From: Sphagnum compactum
Lineage: Eukaryota
Direction of reading: 5' to 3'
Length of the DNA: 64,000 bases
Assembly: GCA_965153455.1 (NCBI GenBank)
Contig: OZ234493.1
Span: forward strand, 16,854,213 to 16,918,212
Of this stretch, positions 12,005 to 24,203 are shown piece after piece (within the stretch, counting starts at the first letter, position 1; every line of letters starts with the position of its first letter). The notes beneath the pieces are model-generated. The model had not been told where the DNA came from. It searched no databases and saw nothing but the letters and a program-made list of their open reading frames with translations. The position numbers and the translations under genes were made by a program.

Positions 12005-15000
12005 TAAGAATCAATATCTCCTTGACTAACCACCTTGACACGTGGAGAACTTATTATATTATATGCTAACTTTTAATGTGAAATTATTATTTTTGACCAC
12101 TATGTTTGCAAGTGTTTAAGCTTTGTGTATGGTCAATGCACCTCTTCATAGCCATATAATCCATAAAAACTTTAATTCAAACTCCTTTACAATCATAATG
12201 GTTTTTTTTTTAAGATCGAAATTTCTTCCAACATTTAAGTTTTCTGTGCACACTCATCAATCCTAAAAACATTAGTTTTCCACAAAAGTCTTCAAAACCT
12301 TGGTGAGGCTCTCAAGTTAACATTTATTATTTGGGGGGCAGTTTGCACAAACAGGTATACATCGACACTCCATTTGCTGCCCAAATATTGGGCAGGTCAA
12401 CTTGAATCAATGTGTCTGAAATATATAAAATTTCACAATACCTACTGTGTTGAATAATAAATATGAGTGTACATATATGGTCGTATTGGGTTGCATTTGT
12501 CATGTTTGTACATATTTCCAAAGTCCAAAAAGGTTAAGATTACATTTGGATCGAAGATATATCTATTTTGATGATGGATCTTTTGCAAAAGTCTTCTGTA
12601 GAGAAGAATTGTTATAATGCATGATTAAATTGAAAAACATGTGAAACTGCACCTTTTTCCCCAAGAGATTCATTTGAATGGATTTGCTGCTTGCTTATGG
12701 AATACCATTTGCTCGGGTATTTGCCAAGTTCACTTTACCTGTTTTTGTGATTTGTATAATCACATTGATGCGGTTGTAGTATATTATCCTTAGGATTGCT
12801 GCCTTGAAAACAGTCTGATGCACTGCTGAAGGAGGTCATGAACTCAACCTTGTTTGTTCACCTGTTAGGGATTAATCCACCTCACTTAAGCATGTGCCAA
12901 GCAAATGATGAACCAGTTATGTGCTGCTGTGTTGTCCAGCAGGGTTAAGATTCACTGTTGCAATTCTCAAGCACATAGAATCAGTTCATCATGTATAGTG
13001 CACTCATAGTATCTTCAAGCAAATTGTGCTAGTTTGCATGGGTTATGGATATGAAATGTATGTAAGAATTTTTCAACGTAATCACTTTTGCTACTGTTTA
13101 ATTCCTGTTTGAGCAGTAGCAACGAGACTTTTCCAGCAAGTGGTGATGTCAGCAGGTTTGTGTGGGGATTGCTCGATTACAGTGAGCAATGGCAAGTGGG
13201 TCGTCTGACAATGTGCAAATAAGGATATTCCCATGGTCAGTTCATATTCTTTCACATCTAGCATGCGGGCAGTGTCAGGTCTGCTGTGCAACCATGGAAG
13301 CATGTTGACGTCTGACCCTGTGATTTTCTTCTTCTCTAGGTTTTTTAGAAGTTCTCTGCCTTGGTGAACACTCATACAGAATAGAGATCTTGTTTGTGGA
13401 GGAATGTGTAGGTGTTGAGAAACTGTTGTGCTGGTTTGAGATGACATGAATTTACATGAACAGGGCAGGTCCAGAGAAGTATGCATCAATGTGGGCCTGT
13501 GCCTCCAAAGTAGTTCCTCTACAACAGGAGGCTTACCTGAATCCGAGGGAAAAAGAGATGAATAAGCATAATGCTAGAATTTGTGGCACACAGGATTGTC
13601 AAGATGCAAGAGGAAGTTTTTGATACATGTGAAGACAAAGCCGAAGAGTTTGGAAATGAAGATTTAGAGTTTGGACAAGAAGAAGATGCAGATTTCAAGG
13701 AGTTTGAAGATTTTTCAAGAAGAAGATCTGGAAGACTCAAAAGAATCAGAAGACTCTGCCAATTATGAAGGACTCGAAGCCATTGGGGGGCCAAGAGGCT
13801 CGACAGTTCCATCACAATACTAACAGGAAGCTTCAATCCAGATTGAAGCTCTCCTTGCTGAAATCTATGAAATTCTTGAGTCATGGGGTTTTATAACCAA
13901 GTGGAAGAAGCAGCCCACGCCAAATGATTCTGTGTTAGGCCATGAAGATCATCATGTTGTAGCATGGTATCACAAGGTGAGTATAGGACTTGTGGAATTT
14001 TATGCATGGTGTGACAATTATCAGAAAGTGAAGGCTATTGTGAAGTCCCACTTACAGGTGGTCACTCATTCATACATTCTGCAGGAAGCACAAGTCAAGC
14101 TCAAGCCAGATAATTAAGGAGTATAGGAAGAACTTGATCCTAACACATGATGGTAAGCAGAGATCACAGCATTTGGGTAAAAATCTGTTACTAATAGTCC
14201 AATCCATCCCAATTATTGACAGATCTTCTGTTTCCAAAAATGAGAAGGGACAGGTTGCCAAAGGGTGCACAGTTGAGGAATTCACGTCATAGAGACACCA
14301 CCAATTCAGTCTTCTTCCACAAATTTGATATTATACATCACCAGGACAGAGTTTGTTTAACCAGCTCAAGAGATGCAAGTTGTGCAATGAGTTTTTATGG
14401 GAAGAAAGAATTTAATGTCACATGCAATTGTCAAGGGTACTTAGTTACAGATTTCCAACTTAAGGGCAACTTTGTCAATGCAAATATGGACTGGGGAAGA
14501 AATCTCATCAAGAAACCCTATGGTCCTCCAAGAATGTGTAATCAGGTACATAATTTCCCAAATGTTTCAAGAGATTTTGGCACTTGAAATTCTAAGTAAG
14601 CCAATGCTGTTAGGGTCTAGGAGAAATTCAACTGGAAAACGGCTAAATCTCTTGTGCTGGAAGAATTATGTAGCTACACTTTCTGAAATGCATACTACAT
14701 TAACTGCAGATATAGCATCTCTATTGACGAGCTGAACCAAATTGAAAGCCTCTTTGGATAAAGTAAAGAGGAAGTGATGCTATCCAACATAAGTTTTTCT
14801 TTGATAATCAAGCCTCTGATTCAATTCGGAAGAAACTTTGAAGAGTAGTTCTTGTTTTTCAACAGATCAATTAAAACCAACTCGGTGGAGCTGCAAAGCC
14901 TTAGGAACCTGAAAAACTGACTATTGACAACTCCAATTCATACACAGTAGGAGTTCACGAAATCCAATCTACAGGGAGGCTCCAAGGCCACTTTTTCAGT

Positions 15001-15044
15001 GCTACTGCATCTGATAACAATGTTCAACAATGTTGGTGTAAATT

Positions 15045-15142
15045 TGTTGATGAGCCTGAATGCAATAGCTAATTTCTCACTATGGTGACACAAATGAAGT
15101 ACCTTTTCTTCTTCCTCAACATCATGCTGCAGAAGTTTAGTA
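15045..15142 (-). pseudogene. Detached N-terminal fragment of a PPR DYW domain
   Basis: TKLLQHDVEEEEKVLHLCHHSEKLAIAFRLI is the HDVEEEEK..HSEKLAIAFGLI motif. It is truncated before CxxCH/DYW. Confidence 0.85.
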
Positions 15143-16058
15143 TCATTGAAATGCTGTCCAAATTCTGTTGAACACATTTAAGTTGTTGGGAGTGTATAAA
15201 AATTCCTCTCCAGTTTTGAGGCAGACTGTCAAAAAGCTTCTCTGCTGGAATCTCAAGTGAAGGACCGTCATATTCAACATCCGCGTTCAATGTTAGAGAT
15301 TGCATCAATCCTGGTATGCGACTGTAGTTAGCTGTGGACCAATTTGGTCGGATCCTAGGAACTTCCTCCCATCGCTCTACCAAAATTCGCCGGTCTCTAC
15401 GGTTGACACTCAACACGATCACTATGCGAGTTCTCCCATCACTGTTGGTGATCCAAAAGGCAGCATTGCTACGCAACATAGCAAGTGACTCTGACAAACC
15501 AACTTCAATAACAAAACTTGGCCAGTCGTCTTCCAATCGACGAGAACGGGGTATGTAACTAATATTTGCTTCCTTTGATGTACCTCCAGGGCATCCAAAT
15601 CTACCAGCTCCAGTTGCTAAAAGTGATGCACGAACATCTAGACGCAGGAACTTTGCCTCGAACATTGAGGCAAATTCATGTGCTGCAACTTCATGCATCA
15701 CACCCACCCTAAGTTTGACGATTAAAATTTCTTCTCTCCCATCGTACAGAATGGTCATTCGTGGTAGCCAACCCCGTCTCTCCTCACGAACCCTATCAAT
15801 CTCATCAAGACTCTCTTTACTCACACTTGTAAATGCCAAGTATTGAGGTGTTTGTGTTCCCTCAACTAGTCTCTTGGAGCGTGCCAAGCAAATCCTCTTG
15901 AAAGCAACCAAGTTTCTGAAAGGAGCTGGGGAAATGTTAGGATATCCCATAAGCACTCCTTCCAAATCCGCATCCTCCCGTGTTGGACTCGGATCCCTCG
16001 AAGTTGGACAAGATGGCACAAACTCAACATCATTCTCCCCACCATGGTATAACACCAT
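15143..16058 (-). pseudogene. Damaged copy of the Uma2-like PD-(D/E)XK nuclease gene
   Basis: Paralogue of 42309-43232. KEPD is changed to KEAN. A 5-bp deletion near 15212 shifts the C-terminus. The upstream CAG acceptor has become GAG. Confidence 0.75.
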
Positions 16059-18641
16059 CTTGAAGATGCTGCCCCTCAACCGGCACACAATATATTTCGA
16101 CAGTTGGAAACAAACATTCAATCCATAAAACATTTGCATCAAGTCAATCTCAAAACACAAGAAAATTGACAGAGAGATACTATATTCACTTCCCTAAAAC
16201 TAAATGCAACCCTAATCAATCCCCTAGAACTAAACTAACAAAGTTTGAAAATCAGAAAAAAACAATGTCACAATACTGACGCAGTACCCGCTGGTATTGT
16301 GTGCTAGTGTTTGAAAATGAGAAAGAAAACAAAATATCACAATGCCGATGGCATTGTGCAGGTATTGAAAATCAGAAAAAAAGCTTGAATAGCACTACGA
16401 CTGCACTTAGATAACATATTCAACTTACTCGCTGGAACATGATGACGAGAAACACGCCACCAGAGCACGCCGCCGCCTCACAGTTTGTCAAAAAAAAAAA
16501 AAAAACAGAGAAGAGGAAAAAGTGACTCAAAAATTTGTTTGATCACATTACGTTGCGAAAAAAAACACACTCGTTTCGATCACTGCTGACGCCGCACCTT
16601 CCCGGAGCAGAATCTGCAAAGGCCTTCTCGCGAACGCATCTGCTGTGACAGACGACAAGGAAAACGTGTTCGCGTATGCTGCGACAGACGAGAAGGAAAA
16701 CGATCACTATTGAAGCCGCGGGCACCTTCCCGGAGCAGAACTTGCCCTCCTCGCGTGCGCGTCTGCTGCGACAGACAACAAGGACGCGGACAGAAGTCCG
16801 GACTTCAATGGATAAATCCTACTGGTCCTTCAGAATGGCTATATAAAGAAATTCCTAAAAAAAGACAAGGAAGATTTAGCCAGATCTAGCTATTAACGAG
16901 AAATAAGGTACAAATATTTAATCATATGTCTCTATATTTAGCTACACATTGAAAACCAAATATACAAATTTGGCGATTTTGATCCTTTTTTCCTCGGTTC
17001 TGACGACTGAAAACCTTCTATGTATCTGCCGGGCCTTCTATCTTCTTCCTCTCCTCTTTTTCTTTTGTCGACCTTGCTTTTTAACTTCCCAGCTTTTGAG
17101 CTTCTCTGTCTCTTCTCTTGTGTGTCTTTCTTTCTGTGGAACAACAAAAATGCCAAGAAGTTAGGAGCCTGGAGGTGGGTGGGATCTTTCCTTCATTCAT
17201 CCTTGCACACACTACAAGTTTGTGGTTTTTCTGACAGCAACAGCTGAAATGTGGTTTTGCTTTTTTTCTGTTGCCAGCTTCTGGATCTGATCTGTAGTTT
17301 TTTTTTTTTTTTCGGGTTCGGTGATTTGGTTTACACTTGCAGCAGATCAGAGCAAATCAGGGCAATGTAGACACGTCGTCGAGGAGCTGCAGGTGCTTGG
17401 ACGCCGCTGCACTCATAAGGAGCTGAGGGACTTGAAGAAGAAGAAGAAGAAGAAGCAAAAGAAGAGGACAGACAGATAGAGATAGAGAGGCGAAGGGAGT
17501 TGACCGTGAGCTTCTTGTCTGTACACCACTCGCTCGCTCAAGAGGAATCAGGAAGCAGTTCCTAGGGAGCAACTCTGCAGAAATCTGTGGTGCTCCAACT
17601 GCTAAGAAACTGATCAAATTCTCAAGCAACTGGGATCTTGCTCATCGCCTTCATCAGCAGGATCGTCGGCATCATCTCCGTATCAGCTTCTTCGACTAAC
17701 CCTTGGGTACTTACTTACTTGCTTCGCATTTTACGGGGTTTTCGACGGCACCCATCACTTGCAGCCTCTTCGCAAACCCATCGCCTGCAGCCTCTGATAC
17801 ACGTTTGCCTGACCCATCGCCTGCAGCCGCTAATACACCACCTGCAACCAGGATACACATTTGCTGGTGAAGAGCATCATGAAGCTTCTGAACGACAGGT
17901 AATGCTGTGGTTCACACTCTGATGACGAAGATCAGTAGCACAGTGACAGAGAGCGTTAAGTTAATGACCTTGTTCTTACGGTTACTGGCGACCTCACAAG
18001 TGGTTGTTGATTGTATTGAGTTCAAGAATTGTTTCTGATTAGAGATGTATGTAGAGCTGTGTGTGTATGAAAAATTGCATAATACTTTTGCATTTCACTG
18101 TCATAAGTCTTGAACCAGATACCATGACAAATATGGAAGGTGTTGAATATGTCTGCTTGCCTGACCACTGTAGACAGATTGTGACAGGTGCACAGGTAAA
18201 TGCTCTTTGAAAAGCCATGGGAGCATGCCACAGTTGACAGCCAACCCCACAACCATGGTACCACTGAGCACCGCCTTCTGTCTTTCCTTCTCCTTGTACG
18301 TCCCACTTCCTCTCATGAACACATCCCAGCCTAAATTTGTCTCCTTGTGGAAACAATGGCTGAGATTGCAGAAAATAGTCCACATTGTGCTCTTGATTGA
18401 AAAAAAACATTTCCAAGAGAAGTTCTGCACAGTTGAACATGTGTTGTTTTTCTGCTGCAACTTGATCAGTCGATCTCAGTTTCATTGTTTGAAAGAAATT
18501 TGTTCTTTAGAAGAAATAATGCATCTTGCTTTGCTCTCTTCTCCCCTTTTTTGATTTGTGCAAAGTGTGCACCTTCGCTGGAAAGGGTGGATAGGTCTAA
18601 AGATTGGACCCCCTGAAGGAAGTTCTTGCTGGAATGTACAG

Positions 18642-19129
18642 GATGGGGTGGTGAAACTTCTGCAGTCTCCTATGTCTCAGCTTGTTTATACAGGCTCCTT
18701 GGATGGGAAAGTTCGAGCATGGGATGGCTGCACAGGGAACTGTGAATGCACATATCAAGGACATAAAGACAGCATATTAGATATTGCCAGCACAAAGTGT
18801 GTCTTCCTTTCTCCCATGGCTTTTTCGTGCAGTGATGTAAAGGTCCCTTCAAAGAGTCAAGAACAGACTACTGTCCATTTTCGTTATGGGGGAAGTTAAG
18901 TTAACTTGACTTGTGACTGAATGGAAATAGCTTATGCCTGTCGGTCTACGTTCAGAATCAAAATTGCCAGGTTTCAAGAAAGAATTCAAGATGTAAAATT
19001 TCCAGTAGGCAGTGGTTATTCACAGGGATTGAGAGCTGCTTTTCAATACTCCTGTTCGCTTGCAGGGATGTGAGGTTTATTCTGTCAGGATCTGACGACA
19101 ACACTGCCAGGGCTTTTGAGGTGTTCTAG
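18642..19129 (+). pseudogene. Last two exons (18642-18796, 19066-19129) of a WD40 gene, AAMP/SQT1-like
   Basis: The spliced translation is DGVVKLLQSPMSQLVYTGSLDGKVRAWDGCTGNCECTYQGHKDSILDIASTK|DVRFILSGSDDNTARAFEVF*. AG/GT boundaries are present, but no intact 5' exons were found. Confidence 0.75.
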
Positions 19130-19297
19130 ACTCTTTTGTGGCTATTCCGTTGAAAGAGCAGCTTTGGAAATCCTAGTATTTACAGTACTGAGTGAGATTA
19201 GGGAGATCGTGAGCATGTCTCTATCTTTTGTGGTTGAAGCAGTCATGATGCTTCCAAGTAGAAGGGAGACCGTGTATACAGGTCCCTTACCTTCCAG

Positions 19298-19864
19298 GAT
19301 TCAGATGTCTTTGTAGGGAATAGCTTGGTGGACATGTATCCAAAATATGGGAGCATGGAGGATGCTTGGAGTTCAACAAAATGCCATCTCAAAATGTGGT
19401 CACTTGCAACACCATGATATTTGGACATGTGAACTGTGGGCAATGGCAGAAGGGGCACTCGAACTATTTAAAGAATGAAACAGGAAGGTGTGCAACCGAA
19501 CTCTATTACTTTTGTGGGGGTGTTAGATGCATGTGCCAGCATAGTTGCACTTGAGGAGGGCAGGTGCGTTCACGAGGAGATCATAGAAAGTGGATGGGAT
19601 TCAGATGTCTTTGTGGTGAATAGCTGGGTTGACATGTATGCAAAATGTGGGAGCATGGAGGATGCTCAGAGAGTGTTGAATGAGATGTCATCATAGGATG
19701 TGGTCTCTTGAACCACCATGGTTTTGGAACATGTGAAATGTGGGCAAGGGCAGAAGGCACTCGAACTATTTGAACAAATGCAACAGGAAGGTGTGTGCCC
19801 AGATGCTGTCACTTTTGTGGGGGTGGCAAATCCATCTGCCAGTTTAGTTGCAGGGTGTGTGCCA
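19298..19864 (+). pseudogene. PLS-class PPR pseudogene fragment
   Basis: DVFVVNSWVDMYAKCGSMEDA, EGVQPNSITFVGVLDACASIVALEEGRCVH and GQGQKALELFEQMQQEGV are present, broken by frameshifts and TAG/TGA stops. Confidence 0.92.
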
Positions 19865-20398
19865 GCAAGACTGATGCCACATCCCTCCCTTTCATACAAC
19901 AGATGTGAATTACTTGTTATCCTGACCAGGCAATCGAAATCTTTAGTCCTTGGTTCTTTCTGCATTTGTCAAGTGATCTAAACAGGATTTAGAGAGTCCA
20001 AACAACCCCACCACATTTTCAACTCACAAATACAGATCTTGAACCACCCCAAGAATTTTAGGTGAAAGATCAAGCCCATTATCTCTATAATTAGAGATAT
20101 CTGGACCTAAAGATGAAAAATAATTCCAAGCTACTTGTGAAGAAAACTGAAATCATCTAAGTATTGCAGGAAGATACTCCATCATTCAACGCCCTTCAGG
20201 GTGCCTTCCTAATACCTCAATTTAGGCAGCAGATTGTGATTAGATATCTGCTTTGGCTCAGCTGAAGCCACACACTCATTGCTGAGGTACATGTCTTGTA
20301 GGGCATTACAAGAGCAGGCAAGTGATATTCAAAAGGATCATTGTAATAGTCAGTACACTGATCATGTATGGCCCAAAGAACATGGCCCAAAAGACTAC

Positions 20399-22207
20399 CT
20401 GTACATATTATGTGCTGGTGTGTAGTGGGACCATGATACTTTTCGGAAAGACCAAAGTCAAATGATGTAGACCTGCAGAAATATGAATGGAGCATAGCAG
20501 GCTGCAGCATTTGATGATCCCTGATTTGAAGGTTTTGATGTTGGCACCACATTGAAAATAACAATAAATCTCTATCCACTAAAAGGTTCTTGCTAACCCA
20601 ATCCTGATGGGTCAAGGTAGTTGTTCTCACACCTGGTTAGCTCGTCTTCCAAGACTCTTGAGGAGATTGTCCAGTATGAAGAAAGCTCTTTGCATGCACA
20701 ATATTTCACTCTGTTGGATCTGCAACACAGATCTAGGTCAATCTAAAGCAATAAACATGAGCTCTCCTTTCCAACAACACAATAGTTTGTGGACTTTGGT
20801 ATTCATGCTAGGTTCCAAGCAAAACTCACATGAAGGTCTTGTCAAAGGACTGAAATGTAAGGGACAAGATGTAAATCCAGTTCATTAATCTAACAGTCAG
20901 CAACCCAGATTTTATGAATCATAAAGTTCCAAATTACTCCTTATCCAGTGATAAGAGTGATAAGCCTGGAGGCATGCATAGAGACAAATGCACACATCCT
21001 AAACCTTAGGAGCTAGAGCAACCAGAAAATGGTCATTCCAGCCAAGCAGTGGCCATGCCTTGCACTCCACAAAACAACCTGCTGCCTGAAAGGGATATAG
21101 TGGCACTTAGTCAGGAACCTAACCAAGGCCTCAGTCAAATTTTTGACCTCATGGAGCCTTGCAATTTAAGTGGATCAATGTATGCACAGAACCACAACCT
21201 ACTGTTAGCCAATTGGGCGCAAATTTTGTAGGAAGGTGACTACTGCCCTTATCACTACCTAAAATCTCCTCAAAAGAAATGAAAAACCTAACAAACAAAC
21301 AAATTCCTACAGAAACATATACTGTGATGAGCGGCATGAGTTGAAATCCAACTGGTGTGCAACTCTTATCATCATATTTCTGATCCTAATGTAAGACTGG
21401 CCACTTCCAATTCACCAACAGTGCGAACCCTCAGCACAAGTCAAAAGAGCTGAATAAATAGAATCTTAACATCATGGGAGCCATGATTGGATAGATACCC
21501 CAGGAGTTGCCAACATAGTGCAAGGCCCAAGAGCCAAATTGTCTTGAAATTTCGCAGGGTGTTGACAATTGATGTATTCATACAATAGCATCTAGAAGCA
21601 GGTCAGAGAGGCAGTCTACATAGAAGTTTTGGGTACAAACCTAGCTGGCCTGCAAGCATTAGGACTGTCTTCAAGGAGAGCTTCTGGCTGCGGATGTTCA
21701 AGAGATGTTTGAGACTCAGTCCCAATAAATCAAGCACCAGAACATTGTAGTCCCTCAGTGTGAAACTATCTGATATTTGCAATCCCAGCCGCACAAAGAA
21801 AAATAGTCATGTTCCAGGAATCCAGTGGTGCAGCCAAAAAGGGGCACAAATCAGGTAAGCACAGATTCAGTGACTCCTTACTTCCCTCCCTGAACAATGC
21901 TATCCAGCTTCAATTCATATAGCAACTGTAGATGCCTAATCTTGACACTCTCCTGCACAGCAGGGGATTAGCTTTCAAAGAAACACATTATCAGCCATCA
22001 CAATGCCACTCCCCTTACAAAGTGATACTTCCATGAGACTGCAATCAATTAACAACCAGCTCTTCATGAAAACTTCCCATTTTGGGAGGTAATTCAAATG
22101 AAAGCTGGGACAAATCTCGCAACACTTTCCAATTACTTCAACACACAAGGAGCAAAGTCAACATACCAGCTTGATGCCAACTTCCTCATTGGTTTGAACA
22201 TTAGTCC
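20399..22207 (-). pseudogene. Casein kinase I (CK1/CKL) pseudogene, intron-containing and truncated at both ends
   Basis: Exons occur in order: TNVQTNEEVGIKL (22207-22167), ESVKIRHLQLLYELKLDSIVQGG (21952-21882), [27 protein letters not shown] (~21757-21642), a decayed INRVEYVHAKSFLH..LGRRANQ lacking RDIKP (~20718-20632), and VYII/DFGLSEKY with a frameshift (~20472-20399). Confidence 0.9.
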
Positions 22208-22213
22208 ATACAG

Positions 22214-23381
22214 TTGACTGTGCACAACACCCCAAAATGTTGTTGGCAATGGTGCACAAGGTTGTTAAAGAAGGATGAAGATTGTACATGGGAATCTGTA
22301 CATTCAAGATTTGAGCAACTCAAATGGCAAGATCTAAGTAATAATGAACAGTTTTGGAATGCACACATTGCAGAGCTTCAACAACAACCAATGAGTGGAC
22401 TTACTGGTGATTCTAAAACAAGAGCAAAGATCAAGCTTGCAGATTATCTCCAAAAAAGGGTTCAAAGTGTTATGAGTACCAACAACCCACAAAAGGGTCC
22501 ACTTTCGTGGTTTCTTTGACCACCAATTGGAAACACAGCTAGGAAATTTTTTGGGACTAGGCACATTTGGAGCAGTTTCTGAATGCACATGGTTTGGGAT
22601 GGTATGTGCTAAAAAATCCTTTAATCCTTTTGTTAATGGGGATCAAGAGCGTGATTTTGCTAATGAAGTTGGAATCATGGCTAACCTAAATATCCACATA
22701 TTGTGCAATTGATATGCAACCATCAAGAATATTCTACCAATTGTTCAATTTTGATGGAGCTTATGCCCACAAATCTAGAGAGGCACATCAAGGAACAAAA
22801 GGTTTCACGCCGTTATCCATTCACACCTCAAGTAGCCATTGACATTATGTTACAAATTGCTTGAGGTATGGAATACTTGCATGGACAAGATGTTGTACAT
22901 CGTGACCTCAAACCTAATAACATCTTGGTTTGTCCCAACACAAACCTTGAATTATCTGTAGCTGGGTATGTAGAGGTGAAGTTGGCAAATTTTCGATTGG
23001 CAAAGACAATGGTCAATGCCTCTGCATCAATGTCCTAATCCCAGATTTGTGGAGCAGCTCCATGGAGGGCACCAGAAGCTTTTGGGGAAAATTATTCTGC
23101 ACAAAAGGTTGATGTTCATAGCTTTGGAATCATGTGCTCACAAATTTTATCTGGAAGTCTTACACCCTTTCGGTAACCCCCCAGTAAGAGTGCTTGAAAG
23201 AATTAGTTCCCCACAACATGAAAGGCCGTCTTTGCCTTCCAACAATAGTGACCTTGCACAATTACTCTCCTTGATCAAGGAATGTTGGGCACCTAATCCA
23301 CATGAACGCCCAAAATTCTCAATTATTTGTAGGCGTCTCAAAGAATTTAGACTTGATCTTTTGGTGTGCAATGAATTGTGA
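22214..23381 (+). pseudogene. Intronless TKL-type Ser/Thr kinase pseudogene (bryophyte-expanded 'light-sensor kinase'-like type)
   Basis: LGLGTFGAV, CAKK, FANEVGIM, IMLQIA*GMEYLH..VVHRDLKPNNILV, VKLANFRLAK (DFG lost), WRAPE, DVHSFG and CWAPNPHERPKF are spread across frameshifts and stops. Confidence 0.9.
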
Positions 23382-24203
23382 ATTAAAATTAACCTAATGC
23401 ACAAATAATTTTTCATTTTGTAGGCATGTATGGATGCAAATGAAAATTCACACAAAGCTTAATGCTAATGTGTTCAACATGATCCATGAGCTAAAAAACA
23501 TGTTGTGAGTGTTTCTCTGTGAAGCCTTGTCTACAATTGTTCGCATTGTCTATGGACTATGTTTAGATTGTGTCACTACCTCAACACTAGAATTTTCAAA
23601 ATAGTATACAGAGGATCATCAAATGCTTTCAAATAATTTTTTTTGTGTCTTTTTTTGTTTTCATGTTTTGAAGGAAAACATAAGGTACCATTAGAAGTAA
23701 AATCTCCGCAAGTGATTGATCCACCATGGCTTAATGTAACATTGCCTTGCAAGAAATAGTTCTAACATTCCAAAGCCAAGTCATGAAATCCTCAGTTCCT
23801 ACTAATATTATTGTACTCCTTGGATGCCACTTGACCCACTATCCAACCACATACCAACAATTCTTAAATGTTATGATACAAATGGGCCATTGCTACATTA
23901 CATTATGGAGCTTGCAATTATATCCTTTAATGATTATATATGCACCTCCATATCAACAAAATATAATTAAAAAAGAAGAGAACCACAATGCTAGAGAGTT
24001 CAAATTTTGGAAAATACGAATTTTAATTTTTAAGGAATTTTTTTAAAGAGTTTGATCTTGACTCCACAAAATAGATATTCAACCCCAAGAGGTTGAATTG
24101 TGGATGTGAATGCAATAGTGCATCCACATCTATAAGATTGTAAAGAAAACACCATAACAATTATTGGGAGATACCAATTGTGCTAGTCCTCGTAAAATTC
24201 AAA

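Larger units (their letters stand above)
5638..15142 (+). repeat. Segmental duplication copy A, direct part (pairs with 28979-38312)
   Basis: Both copies start attgatggacaataagatttcaatt and end atcatgctgcagaagtttagta. Paired ORFs include 11096/34334, 12327/35563, 13091/36257 and 14070/37235. Confidence 0.97.
15143..19864 (-). repeat. Segmental duplication copy A, inverted part (reverse complement of 38315-43232)
   Basis: Paired ORFs lie on opposite strands: 15069-16160/42225-43232, 17357/40749, 18558/39275 and 19475/38468. Confidence 0.97.

Noticed and set aside
15069-16160. 363-aa ORF as a nuclease-DYW fusion protein
   Set aside because: Read-through results from a frameshift and crosses the inversion junction out of frame with the DYW fragment.
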